DNA of 64,000 bases from an uncultured virus (IMG/VR IMGVR_UViG_2731957969_000006) (IMGVR_UViG_2731957969_000006), one strand, 5' to 3'; counted from the stretch's first letter, positions 1 to 10,030 are shown. Notes: generated by a model not told the origin, from the letters alone. A program made the numbers and translations.

Positions 1-1134
1 TTAAACAGCAATAATTTGCCATTCTTTGCCTCTATCGTCGTGATATTTATCAGTCATTTTTTGGGTTTTATGGCCTAATAATTTTTGTGTATTTATTCCT
101 TGTTCGCGATAAAGTCTCTCAGACAAAGAGCGTTGTTCGTGAAAGGTTGGTGCAGTACCTTTCTCCCAAGTTAACCCACACTTATCTCGCGCTTTTTTAA
201 ACGTTGTGGTTAATGTATTTGGTGTGACTTGTTCGCCTCGTTTTGCTTGGGATGTTGTATGCCGATAATGTACAAGATATTTACTCACAACGGCATCACG
301 ACACCTTGCAATGACATCCCTTAAGGACATATTAAGGGCATCGCATTTTAATGATAATGGGATAGCTAATTTACTGCCTGTTTTTTCCTGCTGCACATGC
401 AACATGTCATCCCAAATATCCGTAAATTTCATATTACAAATATCACCTATTCTTTGACCAGTAATTAACGCAAGCAACATTCCACATTGCAGGTAAGGGG
501 GATGCTTTTCAGCTTGTAGATAAATAGTGTTCCACTCATCAAGCGTCATACGCTCTCTTTTGACCCTATTTCTAGGCTGTTTTGTTGCTTTAGCTGGATT
601 GTAACCAGGAGGAACGTAGCCAGCATGTTGAGCTTCTTTAAATACATCAATGAGCACCATGCGAACGACCTGAGCCATTCTTGAATGTCCTAATGCTTTG
701 ACTGAATCTATTATTTCAGCAATATCTAAAGCAGTTATCTCTTTCAATATTTTCGTACCACAATACTGACGAAATAAATTAATAGGTTTCATTTTCTGTC
801 GATAAGAATTAATTTTTAATTCACCGATATCTAATCTTTCTTTTTGAATATCCAAATATTTATCCACCCATATATCAACAGATATTTCAGACTTGTTTGT
901 CTTAATTTTTGATAACCGTTCATTAATACTTAATAACTGTCGAGTATGTTGTTCAGCAATAATTGTATTTGCTTGAATAGCCGTTTCTCTCGCTTCTTGC
1001 TCGTCGGTGCCTAAACTATGAAATTTTCCCGTTATAGGGTGTTTATATTGCCAATAAATTTTTCCGTTACGCTTATCTAATTTACGATATAAGTTAGGAA
1101 TGGTTATTTTATGGGTTCGCGGTCTGGCAGCCAT
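1..1134 (-). CDS. int: Lambda-family tyrosine integrase (icd-targeting, e14/phage 21 type)
   Basis: N-terminal arm-binding domain; TGQR, HEQR, LLGH and catalytic Tyr present. Confidence 0.95.
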   Translation of the reverse strand: MAARPRTHKITIPNLYRKLDKRNGKIYWQYKHPITGKFHSLGTDEQEARETAIQANTIIAEQHTRQLLSINERLSKIKTNKSEISVDIWVDKYLDIQKERLDIGELKINSYRQKMKPINLFRQYCGTKILKEITALDIAEIIDSVKALGHSRMAQVVRMVLIDVFKEAQHAGYVPPGYNPAKATKQPRNRVKRERMTLDEWNTIYLQAEKHPPYLQCGMLLALITGQRIGDICNMKFTDIWDDMLHVQQEKTGSKLAIPLSLKCDALNMSLRDVIARCRDAVVSKYLVHYRHTTSQAKRGEQVTPNTLTTTFKKARDKCGLTWEKGTAPTFHEQRSLSERLYREQGINTQKLLGHKTQKMTDKYHDDRGKEWQIIAV

Positions 1135-1360
1135 CTGAAATTATCCTCTGAAGTCGCTCCGTTGATTTAGTCGGAATTTTTGGTAAAGATAAATAACCCA
1201 CATAACGAGCTTCTCTATCGACCATCCACTTTCTACCAACTTTCATTGCTGGAGGTGCGATAAGATTATTTCTTGCGTATTTTTGTAATACCGTTATGCT
1301 GGGGGATTCTTCACCAAATTCCAACATAGCCCACGCCTCAAGACTTACCATTCTTGACAT
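1109..1360 (-). CDS. xis: Excisionase
   Basis: Overlaps the int start; lambda Xis-like PPAMKVGRKWMV; ATG at 1360 after GGAGAG. Confidence 0.85.
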   Translation of the reverse strand: MSRMVSLEAWAMLEFGEESPSITVLQKYARNNLIAPPAMKVGRKWMVDREARYVGYLSLPKIPTKSTERLQRIISDGCQTANP

Positions 1361-1420
1361 ATTTTCTCTCCACACTGTCCGTACACAGTTTAAATAGATA
1401 TTAGTTAATGCTGGTGGTAA

Positions 1421-1816
1421 TTACTGATACAATTTTAATCCGTTTGTTAGATTTCGTTGAAATGACATATTATTAAAATCTGGTTCCATTAACTCCTGCA
1501 CAACCTCACCTGTATTTACATCATATAAATGGCTATCAGTTAGGTTATTTATAATAAAAGTTTCTCTTTCACTTTGAGACCAGGAGTTAAATGCTTTTAA
1601 TAATTTTTTAGGTGTTCTGTATTGTGGTTTTATCCCTAACCTTTTTGCAGCTGCGAAATTATGATGCCCATTTACTAATAATGTATATTGCTTACCTCTT
1701 AAAGTTACATGCAATATATCGACAATAAACACTTTAAATCTTTTAACTTTATCTAAAACAACATACTCATTTAAATAACGCTGACTACTAATTAATTGAC
1801 CTTTTATTTCCATCAT
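1421..1816 (-). CDS. ParB/Srx-like domain hypothetical protein
   Basis: LLVNGHHNFAAA resembles the ParB-N GHHR motif. Confidence 0.55.
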   Translation of the reverse strand: MMEIKGQLISSQRYLNEYVVLDKVKRFKVFIVDILHVTLRGKQYTLLVNGHHNFAAAKRLGIKPQYRTPKKLLKAFNSWSQSERETFIINNLTDSHLYDVNTGEVVQELMEPDFNNMSFQRNLTNGLKLYQ

Positions 1817-2517
1817 TAAATCCTTTTAAACTCAATTACCCACACCCACGGATTATCTGCATATTTAAAGTTAGTAGGTGACACTGAATCCCAAAGGTTA
1901 CGAAACCAGCAAAACGGATCCATACTGCCACCAGTTAATTCACGTTCTAAAGGGTAACCTTCAGCTTTAAACTCAGTATCGCCAGCATCCTTTAAACGCT
2001 CTACACGAACATCGGTGATCTCTAACTTGATGCGTGAAGCCCAGCGAGGCATGTGTATAGATGGTTTCCAGCAAGAACGACCATCAATACAACCATCATC
2101 GTCACCCCACGTGAAATCACCATCAGCAGAGTAAATGACATGTCCAGTGAGATAACCATGACCATACGGCATTTCATGCACAGATTTAGTTGGTCTATCA
2201 GGAACATAATCAATCATCAAACCATCATCATCAAATTCATGACTGACTACACTCCATGTTTCACGAACCCAAAGACGATCACCGATTTTACCTAGTGGGC
2301 AGTTAAGGCGAATAGGTTCTTTGAGTAGTGGTGAATCACCGATAGCCCAGCAAGCTTTACCTTCATCTTTAGCGCATGTACTCGACATCACCCAACCGTG
2401 GAAGCTGTGAGTCGCTGGTACGGATTTTATAATTCGCCGTGTTTGAGTTTTGCGTCCATCTAAAATGGCGCGCACCATTTCAGAATTAAAAATAATTCCA
2501 CGCTCTTTCATATTCAT
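1816..2517 (-). CDS. Conserved phage protein, ASCH/PUA-like
   Basis: MVRAILDGRKTQTRR, WKPSIHMPRWASRI and NPWVWVIEF motifs. Confidence 0.7.
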   Translation of the reverse strand: MNMKERGIIFNSEMVRAILDGRKTQTRRIIKSVPATHSFHGWVMSSTCAKDEGKACWAIGDSPLLKEPIRLNCPLGKIGDRLWVRETWSVVSHEFDDDGLMIDYVPDRPTKSVHEMPYGHGYLTGHVIYSADGDFTWGDDDGCIDGRSCWKPSIHMPRWASRIKLEITDVRVERLKDAGDTEFKAEGYPLERELTGGSMDPFCWFRNLWDSVSPTNFKYADNPWVWVIEFKRI

Positions 2518-2687
2518 TCCTCTGGTTGCACCCACCAATCACAAACATTAGCAATGAACTCGCCGATAAGTTGATCTTGCTCTTTCTCCGTAAGTTTGTT
2601 CCATTCGTCTTCTGTGATATCGAGTTCAGTTTTGCATTCAGACCCGATATTGTTAGTTGATGCGTGTAAATACATTTGCTTGCTCAT
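2514..2687 (-). CDS. Small acidic phage hypothetical protein
   Basis: ORF with AGGAG SD, coupled to the next gene. Confidence 0.6.
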   Translation of the reverse strand: MSKQMYLHASTNNIGSECKTELDITEDEWNKLTEKEQDQLIGEFIANVCDWWVQPEE

Positions 2688-2726
2688 ATCTATCTCCTGT
2701 TTGCATCCTTGCACTTAGTAAGTGGG

Positions 2727-3224
2727 TTAAACCACATTAATTAAATGGCGTGGATACATAAGCCCAATAGGTGCGAAGGGAATATCATCCTCAAAATCCA
2801 TTGGTGGCTGACTACTCTGTGCTTGAGGTTGAGCAGGTGGCGGGTTTTGCTGTGCCGGTTGTGAACCTGCTGATTTACTAGCACCACCTAGCATTTGCAT
2901 TGAACCGCCAATCTTTACAACAATTTCTGTTGTATAGCGTTTAACACCGTTATCATCCCATTCGCGCGTTTGTAGTTGGCCCTCGATATAAACTTGGGAG
3001 CCTTTACACAAATAGCCACTGGCGATATCTGCAAGCTTTCCAAACAAAACGACACGATGCCATTCTGTTTTTTCGCGATTTTCACCTGTTTGTTTGTCAC
3101 GCCATTTCTCTGATGTGGCCACAGCTAAATTGGCAACAGCACCACCAGAAGGCAGGTAGCGAATTTCAGGATCACGCCCTAAATTGCCGATAAGAATTAC
3201 TTTGTTTACTGATCCGTTAGCCAT
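2727..3224 (-). CDS. ssb: Single-stranded DNA-binding protein
   Basis: [17 protein letters not shown]-fold and DFEDDIPF acidic tail. Confidence 0.95.
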   Translation of the reverse strand: MANGSVNKVILIGNLGRDPEIRYLPSGGAVANLAVATSEKWRDKQTGENREKTEWHRVVLFGKLADIASGYLCKGSQVYIEGQLQTREWDDNGVKRYTTEIVVKIGGSMQMLGGASKSAGSQPAQQNPPPAQPQAQSSQPPMDFEDDIPFAPIGLMYPRHLINVV

Positions 3225-3282
3225 TTTCAGTTATTCCTATTTGAGTAATATCGCCACCAATAAGATGGCGATTAATTAATAA

Positions 3283-4110
3283 TTAAGCTGAAAACTTGCC
3301 AATGAATGTTTCGATATCACTTTCATCAAATTCATCACAAAGTAGATTGCGAAACTCTTGAGCGATTTGTTCTTCAAGGTTTTCAAGTTGGACAATACGG
3401 AGCACTAAAACGGGAACATCACCGCCAGTAAGCACGCTATAACGCAATTTAATACTACGTTCTTTTAACTCGTCATATGGGGTGCAGGTAAACTGGAATG
3501 CAGTAGGCATAACATCTTTGCTTCTTGCTTCAACATTTTCTAATACTGAACGTTTGGCGCTAAAATCGTGATCTTCATGTTCAGCAGAGCGTGTTGATTC
3601 AATTGTAATACGGCGGACAGCAGAAATAGCTTGTTTGATATCTAAAACATTGCCGTCAGCATCAAACGCCATTAAATAATCACGCCAGTCTTCTAACCAT
3701 TCCGCTAATTCTTTTTGACGATGTTTAACACCATCAATTTTTAATAGTGCTGCGAATGGGGCAGTTTGTTTTAATTTCACAAGAGCAGTATTATCAGCAT
3801 GACCAGGCTCACCAATTGTGCCGATATTAAAAATAGTTTTGGCACTCATTTCATCGGCATCAATAAAGCAGCTAACACCTTCATCAATTGCATTTTTGAT
3901 TGAGTATTTAACAAAGTCACTGATACTGGTTGTTTTCATTTCACCACGGAAACGGAAGCGACCTTCTTGTAAATTTTCCAAACTACTCACTTTAAATTCA
4001 TTTGGAAGAACAATGGCGGGGCAAAGAGATTTCTCTATTGCTTCGAGACTTAATGAAGCCACTGCCATATTTTGAATTTGCGAAATAGCACTACCGTCTA
4101 ATTGAGACAT
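3283..4110 (-). CDS. YfdQ-family (DUF2303) phage protein
   Basis: RFRG and LAEWLEDW motifs; paired with a YfdP-like gene. Confidence 0.8.
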   Translation of the reverse strand: MSQLDGSAISQIQNMAVASLSLEAIEKSLCPAIVLPNEFKVSSLENLQEGRFRFRGEMKTTSISDFVKYSIKNAIDEGVSCFIDADEMSAKTIFNIGTIGEPGHADNTALVKLKQTAPFAALLKIDGVKHRQKELAEWLEDWRDYLMAFDADGNVLDIKQAISAVRRITIESTRSAEHEDHDFSAKRSVLENVEARSKDVMPTAFQFTCTPYDELKERSIKLRYSVLTGGDVPVLVLRIVQLENLEEQIAQEFRNLLCDEFDESDIETFIGKFSA

Positions 4111-4175
4111 GAATAAACTCCTACTTATTTAAAAGCATTAAATTAAATGGATAGGTTTAATTAAAAATAAGGAAA

Positions 4176-4550
4176 CTAATTAACGGATTTTAATTTCCCG
4201 TCGGGCTGACCTTGCAAAGAAAATAATTGACCTTGGTCTTCTTGCATAATGGTCAACTTACCACCTTTACCTACGTACATTGGTGTTTTAGTAGTATCTT
4301 CTTCAGCCCGTTTCCCGCGTGGTGTTGGTGCAGAGAACTTAAGTTTATGAGTTATTTCAACTCGTTTTTCTTCCATTGAATTACTAAGGCGAGCAAAATC
4401 TAATTCAATAGTGACTTTGCCTTTTCCACCATTATTTAAAACGCCTAAAGCCACATCATTTAAAACAGCAGAGACTTTATTTTCAAAAACGCCAGCGTCC
4501 AATTCGGAAAGAAAGTCAGGGACATTTGTCTTACGATCTTCTTGGCTCAT
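4176..4550 (-). CDS. YfdP-family phage protein
   Basis: TNVPDFLSELDAGVF and TPMYVGKGGKL motifs. Confidence 0.75.
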   Translation of the reverse strand: MSQEDRKTNVPDFLSELDAGVFENKVSAVLNDVALGVLNNGGKGKVTIELDFARLSNSMEEKRVEITHKLKFSAPTPRGKRAEEDTTKTPMYVGKGGKLTIMQEDQGQLFSLQGQPDGKLKSVN

Positions 4551-4786
4551 TTCTATAACCTCACGTTATCACTTCACACAATAAGAAAGGGCACTAGCGA
4601 GTTGACATAATCCTGATAAGACATTTCACAAATAATGCCAGTACCCTTGCTTATTGTTAGACTCATAATCAAAAAGAGCGGACCACCTGTGGTTGCATCA
4701 GCCCGATTGGGATTCGGATTTCTAGCTGACTGCGGGTTACTTTTTTTCACGCCCACGCTCTTTGGTTATAAAACTAACTTTATAAA

Positions 4787-4853
4787 AATGGCTGACTGAG
4801 CAGAACATTATCACCACAACCCCTTTTAATGGTAAAAGACTCAGCCAGCCATT
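4787..4853 (-). promoter_or_regulatory. Long hairpin in the pL transcript (RNase III-type processing site candidate)
   Basis: ATGGCTGACTGAG ... CTCAGCCAGCCAT inverted repeat. Confidence 0.45.
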
Positions 4854-4887
4854 GTTTCTCTTCACACGTTCTCTTCACACATAAAAA

Positions 4888-5097
4888 TCATTTACTTTGT
4901 ATCTGAATAGCGCTTTTTATTTTGTACTTGTCTATTTCAGCATCCAGTTTTTCTAGTTTATCCACCAGCTCTTGACGTCTCGCGTTTAACTCACCGAGGA
5001 CTTTGATAGACGATAGTTTCTCTTTCATCCAATCAACAACATCTGCATCAGAGAAATTAGCTGGCGGTATGATTACTGGTTCAGTTGTCATCGGCAT
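4888..5097 (-). CDS. Small coiled-coil protein, first pL gene
   Basis: ORF with GAGG SD; heptad-rich C-terminus. Confidence 0.65.
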   Translation of the reverse strand: MPMTTEPVIIPPANFSDADVVDWMKEKLSSIKVLGELNARRQELVDKLEKLDAEIDKYKIKSAIQIQSK

Positions 5098-5143
5098 GCC
5101 TCAAAAACATTTTAGAAAACTCATTTTGCTATATGCAACAAAT

Positions 5144-5263
5144 ATAACAATGAGTATTAAAAATAGCAAATGTTATTTTTTGGTGTAAGGGTGTATTTTT
5201 CTTATCATATTGATTTTAAATAAAATAAATTTATTTCTAATTAAAAAAATAGCATTAAGTATT
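5144..5263. promoter_or_regulatory. Candidate OL operators
   Basis: ATAACAATGAGTATT (5144), ATAGCAAATGTTATT (5163), ATAGCATTAAGTATT (5249); the same motif occurs inverted at 6073 and 6098. Confidence 0.55.
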
Positions 5264-5306
5264 ATTTTTAATGATAGTGATATTGCTTGATTTTGGTAAA
5301 TATTAT

Positions 5307-5340
5307 TTGCATTATAGCTAACCACTGTATATATAAACAG
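5307..5340 (+). promoter_or_regulatory. LexA (SOS) box overlapping a rightward sigma70 promoter
   Basis: CTGTATATATAAACAG (5325-5340) fits CTG-N10-CAG; TTGCAT-N17-TATATA. Confidence 0.75.
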
Positions 5341-5443
5341 TGGTAATGAGTATATTAAAGGATTATGGAATGGTCGAAATTTTAGAAAGGGTGGGAGTAG
5401 GTTCTTATAGAAAGATAGCTGTTAACGGGTTGGCATGTGATGA

Positions 5444-6037
5444 CTATCTTCTAAAATCGCGAACAAGAAAAACAATAACCCCAAGAAAAACACTAGATGA
5501 AATATCAATTAAAGGAACTCGTGAATCATCAACAGCAAGGAATCCCTGAGTGCCACCTTCAAGGAATTTATAAACAGAGAAAGAGTCGCCTATTTGAGCA
5601 ACTACCAGATCATCAGTACCAGGTTGTAGCTGAGTATCAACTATTGCAATGCTCCCAGCAGGAGCTTCTGAGCATCCGCTATTCTTTTTAAGTATATAAG
5701 CTTTATATGTTTTTAATGGTTTTCCTACTGGTGACAGTATAGCTTCTCCTGTGTAGCCGTTTTCATCCCATACAGGTATTTCTAGAGATCTATCAGCCTT
5801 AAACTGTGGGGTTGAATTAGGTGCCTCCATGTCACCCACACCATTAGCCAGCCAGTCAATATTGACGGCTAATGCGTTAGCGATATCCACTAATTTAGAA
5901 GAACCTTTCGCATTACCATTAACCAATCTCCAAATTGTTGGTTGAGCAACACCGGACGCTTCCGCTAAAGCAGCTTGCGTCATATTTCCTCTTGTTTTCA
6001 TCGCTAATTTTAAGCGTTCTGCAATTGTCGTTTTCAT
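5444..6037 (-). CDS. CI-like repressor (XRE HTH plus degenerate S24 domain)
   Basis: MTQAALAEASGVAQPTIWRL HTH; divergent from cro; start refined to ATG 6037. Confidence 0.88.
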   Translation of the reverse strand: MKTTIAERLKLAMKTRGNMTQAALAEASGVAQPTIWRLVNGNAKGSSKLVDIANALAVNIDWLANGVGDMEAPNSTPQFKADRSLEIPVWDENGYTGEAILSPVGKPLKTYKAYILKKNSGCSEAPAGSIAIVDTQLQPGTDDLVVAQIGDSFSVYKFLEGGTQGFLAVDDSRVPLIDISSSVFLGVIVFLVRDFRR

Positions 6038-6072
6038 GTCACGAAATCTATAAGTTTGAGTATCGAAAATCA

Positions 6073-6112
6073 AATTGCAATTGCTATTGAATGTTTTAAT
6101 ACTCATTGCTAT
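6073..6112. promoter_or_regulatory. Candidate OR operators
   Basis: AATTGCAATTGCTAT and AATACTCATTGCTAT between cI and cro. Confidence 0.55.
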
Positions 6113-6146
6113 TATTTATCCATCTTTTATACGTTTGAGGTTATTT

Positions 6147-6359
6147 ATGAAAAACAAAGCTATTGAAAAAGCAATAAGCATTGTTGGAAGTCAGAAAAAG
6201 CTAGCTGTTTTATGTGGGGTGTCTCAACCAACAGTATGGCGCTGGCTCCATGGTGGTGGCATGGATTCTAAGTATGTCGTGAAAATTGTAAAAGCGACCA
6301 GTCACCAAGTTCGCGCCCAAGATATTTCTCCTGAATTAGGTGAGTTATTAGCTCAATAG
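6147..6359 (+). CDS. cro: Cro-like repressor (YdaS family)
   Basis: GSQKKLAVLCGVSQPTVWRW HTH; GAGG SD. Confidence 0.85.
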   Translation: MKNKAIEKAISIVGSQKKLAVLCGVSQPTVWRWLHGGGMDSKYVVKIVKATSHQVRAQDISPELGELLAQ

Positions 6360-6427
6360 TTATAACCACAAAATAGCAAAACCGTTTAAAGCAGTTAACT
6401 ACAAGAACTTATCAATGGTGGTAGGAA

Positions 6428-6886
6428 ATGAGTAACCAATCAATAAAACAAGTAGTGAAAGAAATGTGTGAGGCAACAGCTGGTGGGCGTGAAGCGATGG
6501 CTGGGGCGTTGGGTTTATCTCTGACTTCATTCAATAACAAATTGTACGAGAAAAACGGCTGTCGTTCGTTTGATTTAAACGAGCTATTAGCGATGCAAGA
6601 TATTTCTCAGACCGTTTTATTTGCTGAATTTGTCGCTCGTGAATCAAACCGCTTACTCGTGGACAGAATTAGCCCTGCAGATTTAGATCAGACAGAACTA
6701 TTCACATTACGTAGCAATGTTGACGAAATGCAGGGACGTTTAGCGTTATTGATGAAGGACAGCTTAGCTGACGGCGTTATTGATAACGAAGAAGAGCAGA
6801 AAATAAAAATGATGTTGGATGGTTTAATTTCGCAGATTCGCACATTTATGAATGCATTTGTTTCGTTACATCAAAAGAGAAATTAA
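6428..6886 (+). CDS. CII-position regulator (YmfL family)
   Basis: GGREAMAGALG..FNNKLYEKNGCRSF motif; follows cro. Confidence 0.8.
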   Translation: MSNQSIKQVVKEMCEATAGGREAMAGALGLSLTSFNNKLYEKNGCRSFDLNELLAMQDISQTVLFAEFVARESNRLLVDRISPADLDQTELFTLRSNVDEMQGRLALLMKDSLADGVIDNEEEQKIKMMLDGLISQIRTFMNAFVSLHQKRN

Positions 6887-6973
6887 AGATGGCTATATCC
6901 AGAAAGGGTGAAGCCAAAGGTGTACGGCCTCTGGCTTCGGTTGCAAATTTCAATTGTGTGAAGAGAAATTAGC

Positions 6974-7183
6974 ATGAGTAGATTAGCGCATTTAATACCT
7001 AAAAAGCAATTCCGTTGTTTACCTGTTTCAGGTAGTCAGTCGTTTCGCTATGTAGAAATCATAGCCTCTGACGAACAACCAAACAACTACCAACAAAATA
7101 GCGAGTTGGTAGATAGACAGGCTCTTAAAAAGGCGTGGATTGATTTTTATTTTTCGAGTGGAGAGCGAAGCAATGAACAATGA
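6974..7183 (+). CDS. Phage hypothetical protein
   Basis: ORF in the early-right operon with SD. Confidence 0.55.
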   Translation: MSRLAHLIPKKQFRCLPVSGSQSFRYVEIIASDEQPNNYQQNSELVDRQALKKAWIDFYFSSGERSNEQ

Positions 7184-7352
7184 GAACCCAAACCAACTTG
7201 ATCGCTACTACAAAAATCACAGGGGTATCGTTGTTCATGTTGTTCGTTATGACAGAGAAAAACAGCGTGTCATTTTTATGCTTGATGGTTGTGACGACCC
7301 CCAGTGTGAACCTGTACAGCGTTTTAAAGAGAAATACACCAGAGTTAAGTGA
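7173..7352 (+). CDS. DUF4222-like phage protein
   Basis: YKNHRGIVVHVVRYD..RVIF..F.EKYTRV pattern. Confidence 0.7.
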   Translation: MNNENPNQLDRYYKNHRGIVVHVVRYDREKQRVIFMLDGCDDPQCEPVQRFKEKYTRVK

Positions 7353-7361
7353 GGCGTTGCT

Positions 7362-8480
7362 ATGACGACTATTTTTGATGTTGTACAAGCTATGTCAGGG
7401 CAGAAAAACGTCATTGTTATTCCTGTTCCCTATTTAGATTTTTTTAAGGGGGATCAGCAAGCTCACGCCTTGTCTGCAATTTTAAATCAACTTGTCTTCT
7501 GGTCTGGTGTTTCATCAAGTGCTGATGATGGTTGGTTCTATAAAAGCCATGAAGAACTAGCAGAAGAAATTCATGGTCTTTCTGGTGAAGAGCAGGCTCG
7601 ACGGCTCGTTGATAAATTACGTAAAAAATATTTTCCCGGTGTGATTGAAACTAAGACAAAAAAGGTCAATGGCACACCCGTTACTCACTACAAGATAGAT
7701 GGTAATAAGCTTATCTCTATGATTTTCCCGTCTATTTCTGAAACGTCGAAAGTGAGGAATGGAAACGTCGAAAGTGAGGAATCGGAACGTCGAAACTGCG
7801 GAATGGAAACCGCAGAAATGCAGAATCATGGAAACGTCGAAAGTGAGGAATCCTATCTTTATACAGATCTTAACTCAGATAAAAACTTACAGATCAGTAA
7901 AGACCTTTCGTCGCAGAATTCTGGCGAATCCAGCGACAAGTCAAAAAATGATTTTTTAACTCGTTATCCAGAAGCAGTAATTTACAGCACTAACTTCCAA
8001 AAATGGGGTGATGAAGGTGATTTAAAAACGGCAAAATGGATGTTTGGTCGTGTTAAAAAACTGAATCCATCCGCGTTAGAGCCTACTTGGTGTGACTGGG
8101 CGAACGATATTCGTTTGATGCGCCAAATCGATGGACGTACTCATGAGCAAATTTGTGCCTTGTTCGATTGGGCTAACAAAGATTCATTCTGGTACCAAAA
8201 CATTTTAAGTCCTCGTAAGTTACGTAAACACTTTGATGAACTATTCGTTCGTAGTCAAAAACCAAAGGATGAGCCAAAGGTTCAAGTTGATATCGTTGAA
8301 CGTGACAGCGCATTCTCACGCTTGATTGGTTCTCGTTCTAAACCTCAAAACCGTATTGAAGAAATTGCGCTTGAACTAGCGGGTAAGACAGGCATTCGCC
8401 GTATGAGTGAGTTTTCTGGTCGCCAAGCATGGAACAGTATTTGGAAGCAAGCGACAGAAATGTCACAGGAGGCTCAGTAA
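7362..8480 (+). CDS. Replication initiator (O-like)
   Basis: N-terminal wHTH, internal iterons, WANDIRLMR..FW..NILSP..LR C-domain. Confidence 0.85.
   Translation: MTTIFDVVQAMSGQKNVIVIPVPYLDFFKGDQQAHALSAILNQLVFWSGVSSSADDGWFYKSHEELAEEIHGLSGEEQARRLVDKLRKKYFPGVIETKTKKVNGTPVTHYKIDGNKLISMIFPSISETSKVRNGNVESEESERRNCGMETAEMQNHGNVESEESYLYTDLNSDKNLQISKDLSSQNSGESSDKSKNDFLTRYPEAVIYSTNFQKWGDEGDLKTAKWMFGRVKKLNPSALEPTWCDWANDIRLMRQIDGRTHEQICALFDWANKDSFWYQNILSPRKLRKHFDELFVRSQKPKDEPKVQVDIVERDSAFSRLIGSRSKPQNRIEEIALELAGKTGIRRMSEFSGRQAWNSIWKQATEMSQEAQ
7740..7851 (+). repeat. Replication-origin iterons
   Basis: Five 21-bp units GAAACGTCGAAAGTGAGGAAT at 7740, 7762, 7784, 7806, 7831 (three exact). Confidence 0.85.
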
Positions 8481-9118
8481 TGATTGATTACGCACTGAAA
8501 TTACAGGAGTTAAAAAACCAACCTGCTCATAAATTAAAAGAAATTGGTGACCAATGGCAATCACCAGATAACCTTTACTACGGTATTAACTCTAAATATG
8601 GACCGTTTACTTTAGATTTATTCACTGATGGTCAAAACAGTAAATGCCCGCATTTCTATACCGTTGAGGACAACGCACTCACTCAAGATTGGGCTGAAAA
8701 ACTGAAAGAGATCGGCGGTTCAGCATTCGGCAATCCTCCTTACTCGCGTAGTTCATATCACGAAGGCCAGCCTTTAACAGGTGTTGGTCACATCATGAGT
8801 CATGCATTAGCGATGCGTGAAAAGCACGGTCGATATGTTTTTTTATTAAAAGCAGCTACATCAGAAACATGGTGGCCAGAAGAAGCGGATCACGTTTGTT
8901 TTATCCGAGGACGTATTGGCTTTGACGTTCCTGAGTGGTTTGTTCCTGCAGATGAAAAGCAGAAACCAACGGGCGCATTCTTTGCTGGGGCAATAGTTGT
9001 TTTCGATAAAACATGGACGGGTAAAAAATTCGATTACATTCATCGTGATGAATTAGAGCAAATTGGCAAAGCATTTATTGAGCAAATGAAGTGGCTGGCG
9101 TCGAGAGGTGTTGCATGA
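8480..9118 (+). CDS. Phage N6-adenine DNA methyltransferase (Dam-type phage family)
   Basis: DQWQSP, FTLDLF, NPPYS and RGRIGF motifs. Confidence 0.88.
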   Translation: MIDYALKLQELKNQPAHKLKEIGDQWQSPDNLYYGINSKYGPFTLDLFTDGQNSKCPHFYTVEDNALTQDWAEKLKEIGGSAFGNPPYSRSSYHEGQPLTGVGHIMSHALAMREKHGRYVFLLKAATSETWWPEEADHVCFIRGRIGFDVPEWFVPADEKQKPTGAFFAGAIVVFDKTWTGKKFDYIHRDELEQIGKAFIEQMKWLASRGVA

Positions 9119-9510
9119 AAACGACAGAGCAAATACTGAACCAATATAAAGAGGGTGACAAGATTGATCGCCATATTGTGAGTCGTGATTTAGGCATTGC
9201 TCTATCTAGCTCATCGAGAGCATTGTCATACCTGAATGGGTTAGGTGCATTAGTACGAGTAGGCAATGAAGATCGCCCTGTACGTTACATTGTGACCAAT
9301 GAGGCGGAGCACATTTACCAAGCGATAATTGAAGAGCGCAAACTAGGTGAATCGGCCTACTTGCAAAAACTGAAAACACAAAAGGCCAAAAAGCGCGCAT
9401 TACCCACAATCAAATGGGTAAAACATGCCACCTCTAATTTTGATCTCATGGGTAAATTGCCAACAGAGCCTTATGACTCATTAGTAAGAACGGTAAGAGG
9501 TAATCACTGA
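9115..9510 (+). CDS. Winged-HTH hypothetical protein
   Basis: VSRDLGIALSSSSRALSYL HTH-like segment. Confidence 0.6.
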   Translation: MKTTEQILNQYKEGDKIDRHIVSRDLGIALSSSSRALSYLNGLGALVRVGNEDRPVRYIVTNEAEHIYQAIIEERKLGESAYLQKLKTQKAKKRALPTIKWVKHATSNFDLMGKLPTEPYDSLVRTVRGNH

Positions 9511-9561
9511 TGAACAATGCTGATGAAGCCTTGAAAGCTCGGAATAAACAGGAGCGTAAAA

Positions 9562-9960
9562 GTGACTAAAAGCCAACGCGAAAAACTCAGAATGTTATTT
9601 GGTGGTCGATGTGCTTACTGCGGTTGTGAGTTACCAGAAAAAGGCTGGCATGCAGATCATGTGGAGCCTATTTATAGGAAAATCGACAGGGTTAACGGAA
9701 AAATAGTAGCGACAGGAGTGTGTTTTAATCCTGAAAACGATACTCAAGAAAATCTTGTTCCTGCATGCGCACCCTGCAATCTATTTAAATCTGTTTATAG
9801 CGTCGAAGTGTTTCGTGAAGAAATTAAGAAACAGGCAGATAGGGCAAGAAAATCATCTGTGAATTTTAGAACTGCGGAACGCTTCGGAATGATTGAGCTC
9901 GTAGATAAGCCGGTAATTTTCTGGTTTGAGCAATACCAGGGGGATGCAAATGCTAACTAA
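9562..9960 (+). CDS. HNH endonuclease
   Basis: CAYCG..WHADH..NLVPACAPCN. Confidence 0.88.
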   Translation: MTKSQREKLRMLFGGRCAYCGCELPEKGWHADHVEPIYRKIDRVNGKIVATGVCFNPENDTQENLVPACAPCNLFKSVYSVEVFREEIKKQADRARKSSVNFRTAERFGMIELVDKPVIFWFEQYQGDANAN

Positions 9961-10030
9961 ATATATTCTGTTCGTTGGGTTTTGGTTTGTAGTGACATTG
10001 CTAATTGGAATGTGGGGGACTTATGCCTGA
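9950..10030 (+). CDS. 26-aa hydrophobic peptide MLTKYILFVGFWFVVTLLIGMWGTYA (not in ORF track)
   Basis: AGGGGG SD; overlaps both neighbours; one TM segment. Confidence 0.5.
   Translation: MLTKYILFVGFWFVVTLLIGMWGTYA

Noticed and set aside
4574..4756. 60-aa ORF in the pL operon
   Set aside because: GTG start with weak SD and no recognisable motif; left uncalled
7740..7851. 21-bp repeats as a CRISPR array
   Set aside because: No spacers; they lie inside the replication gene and are typical origin iterons
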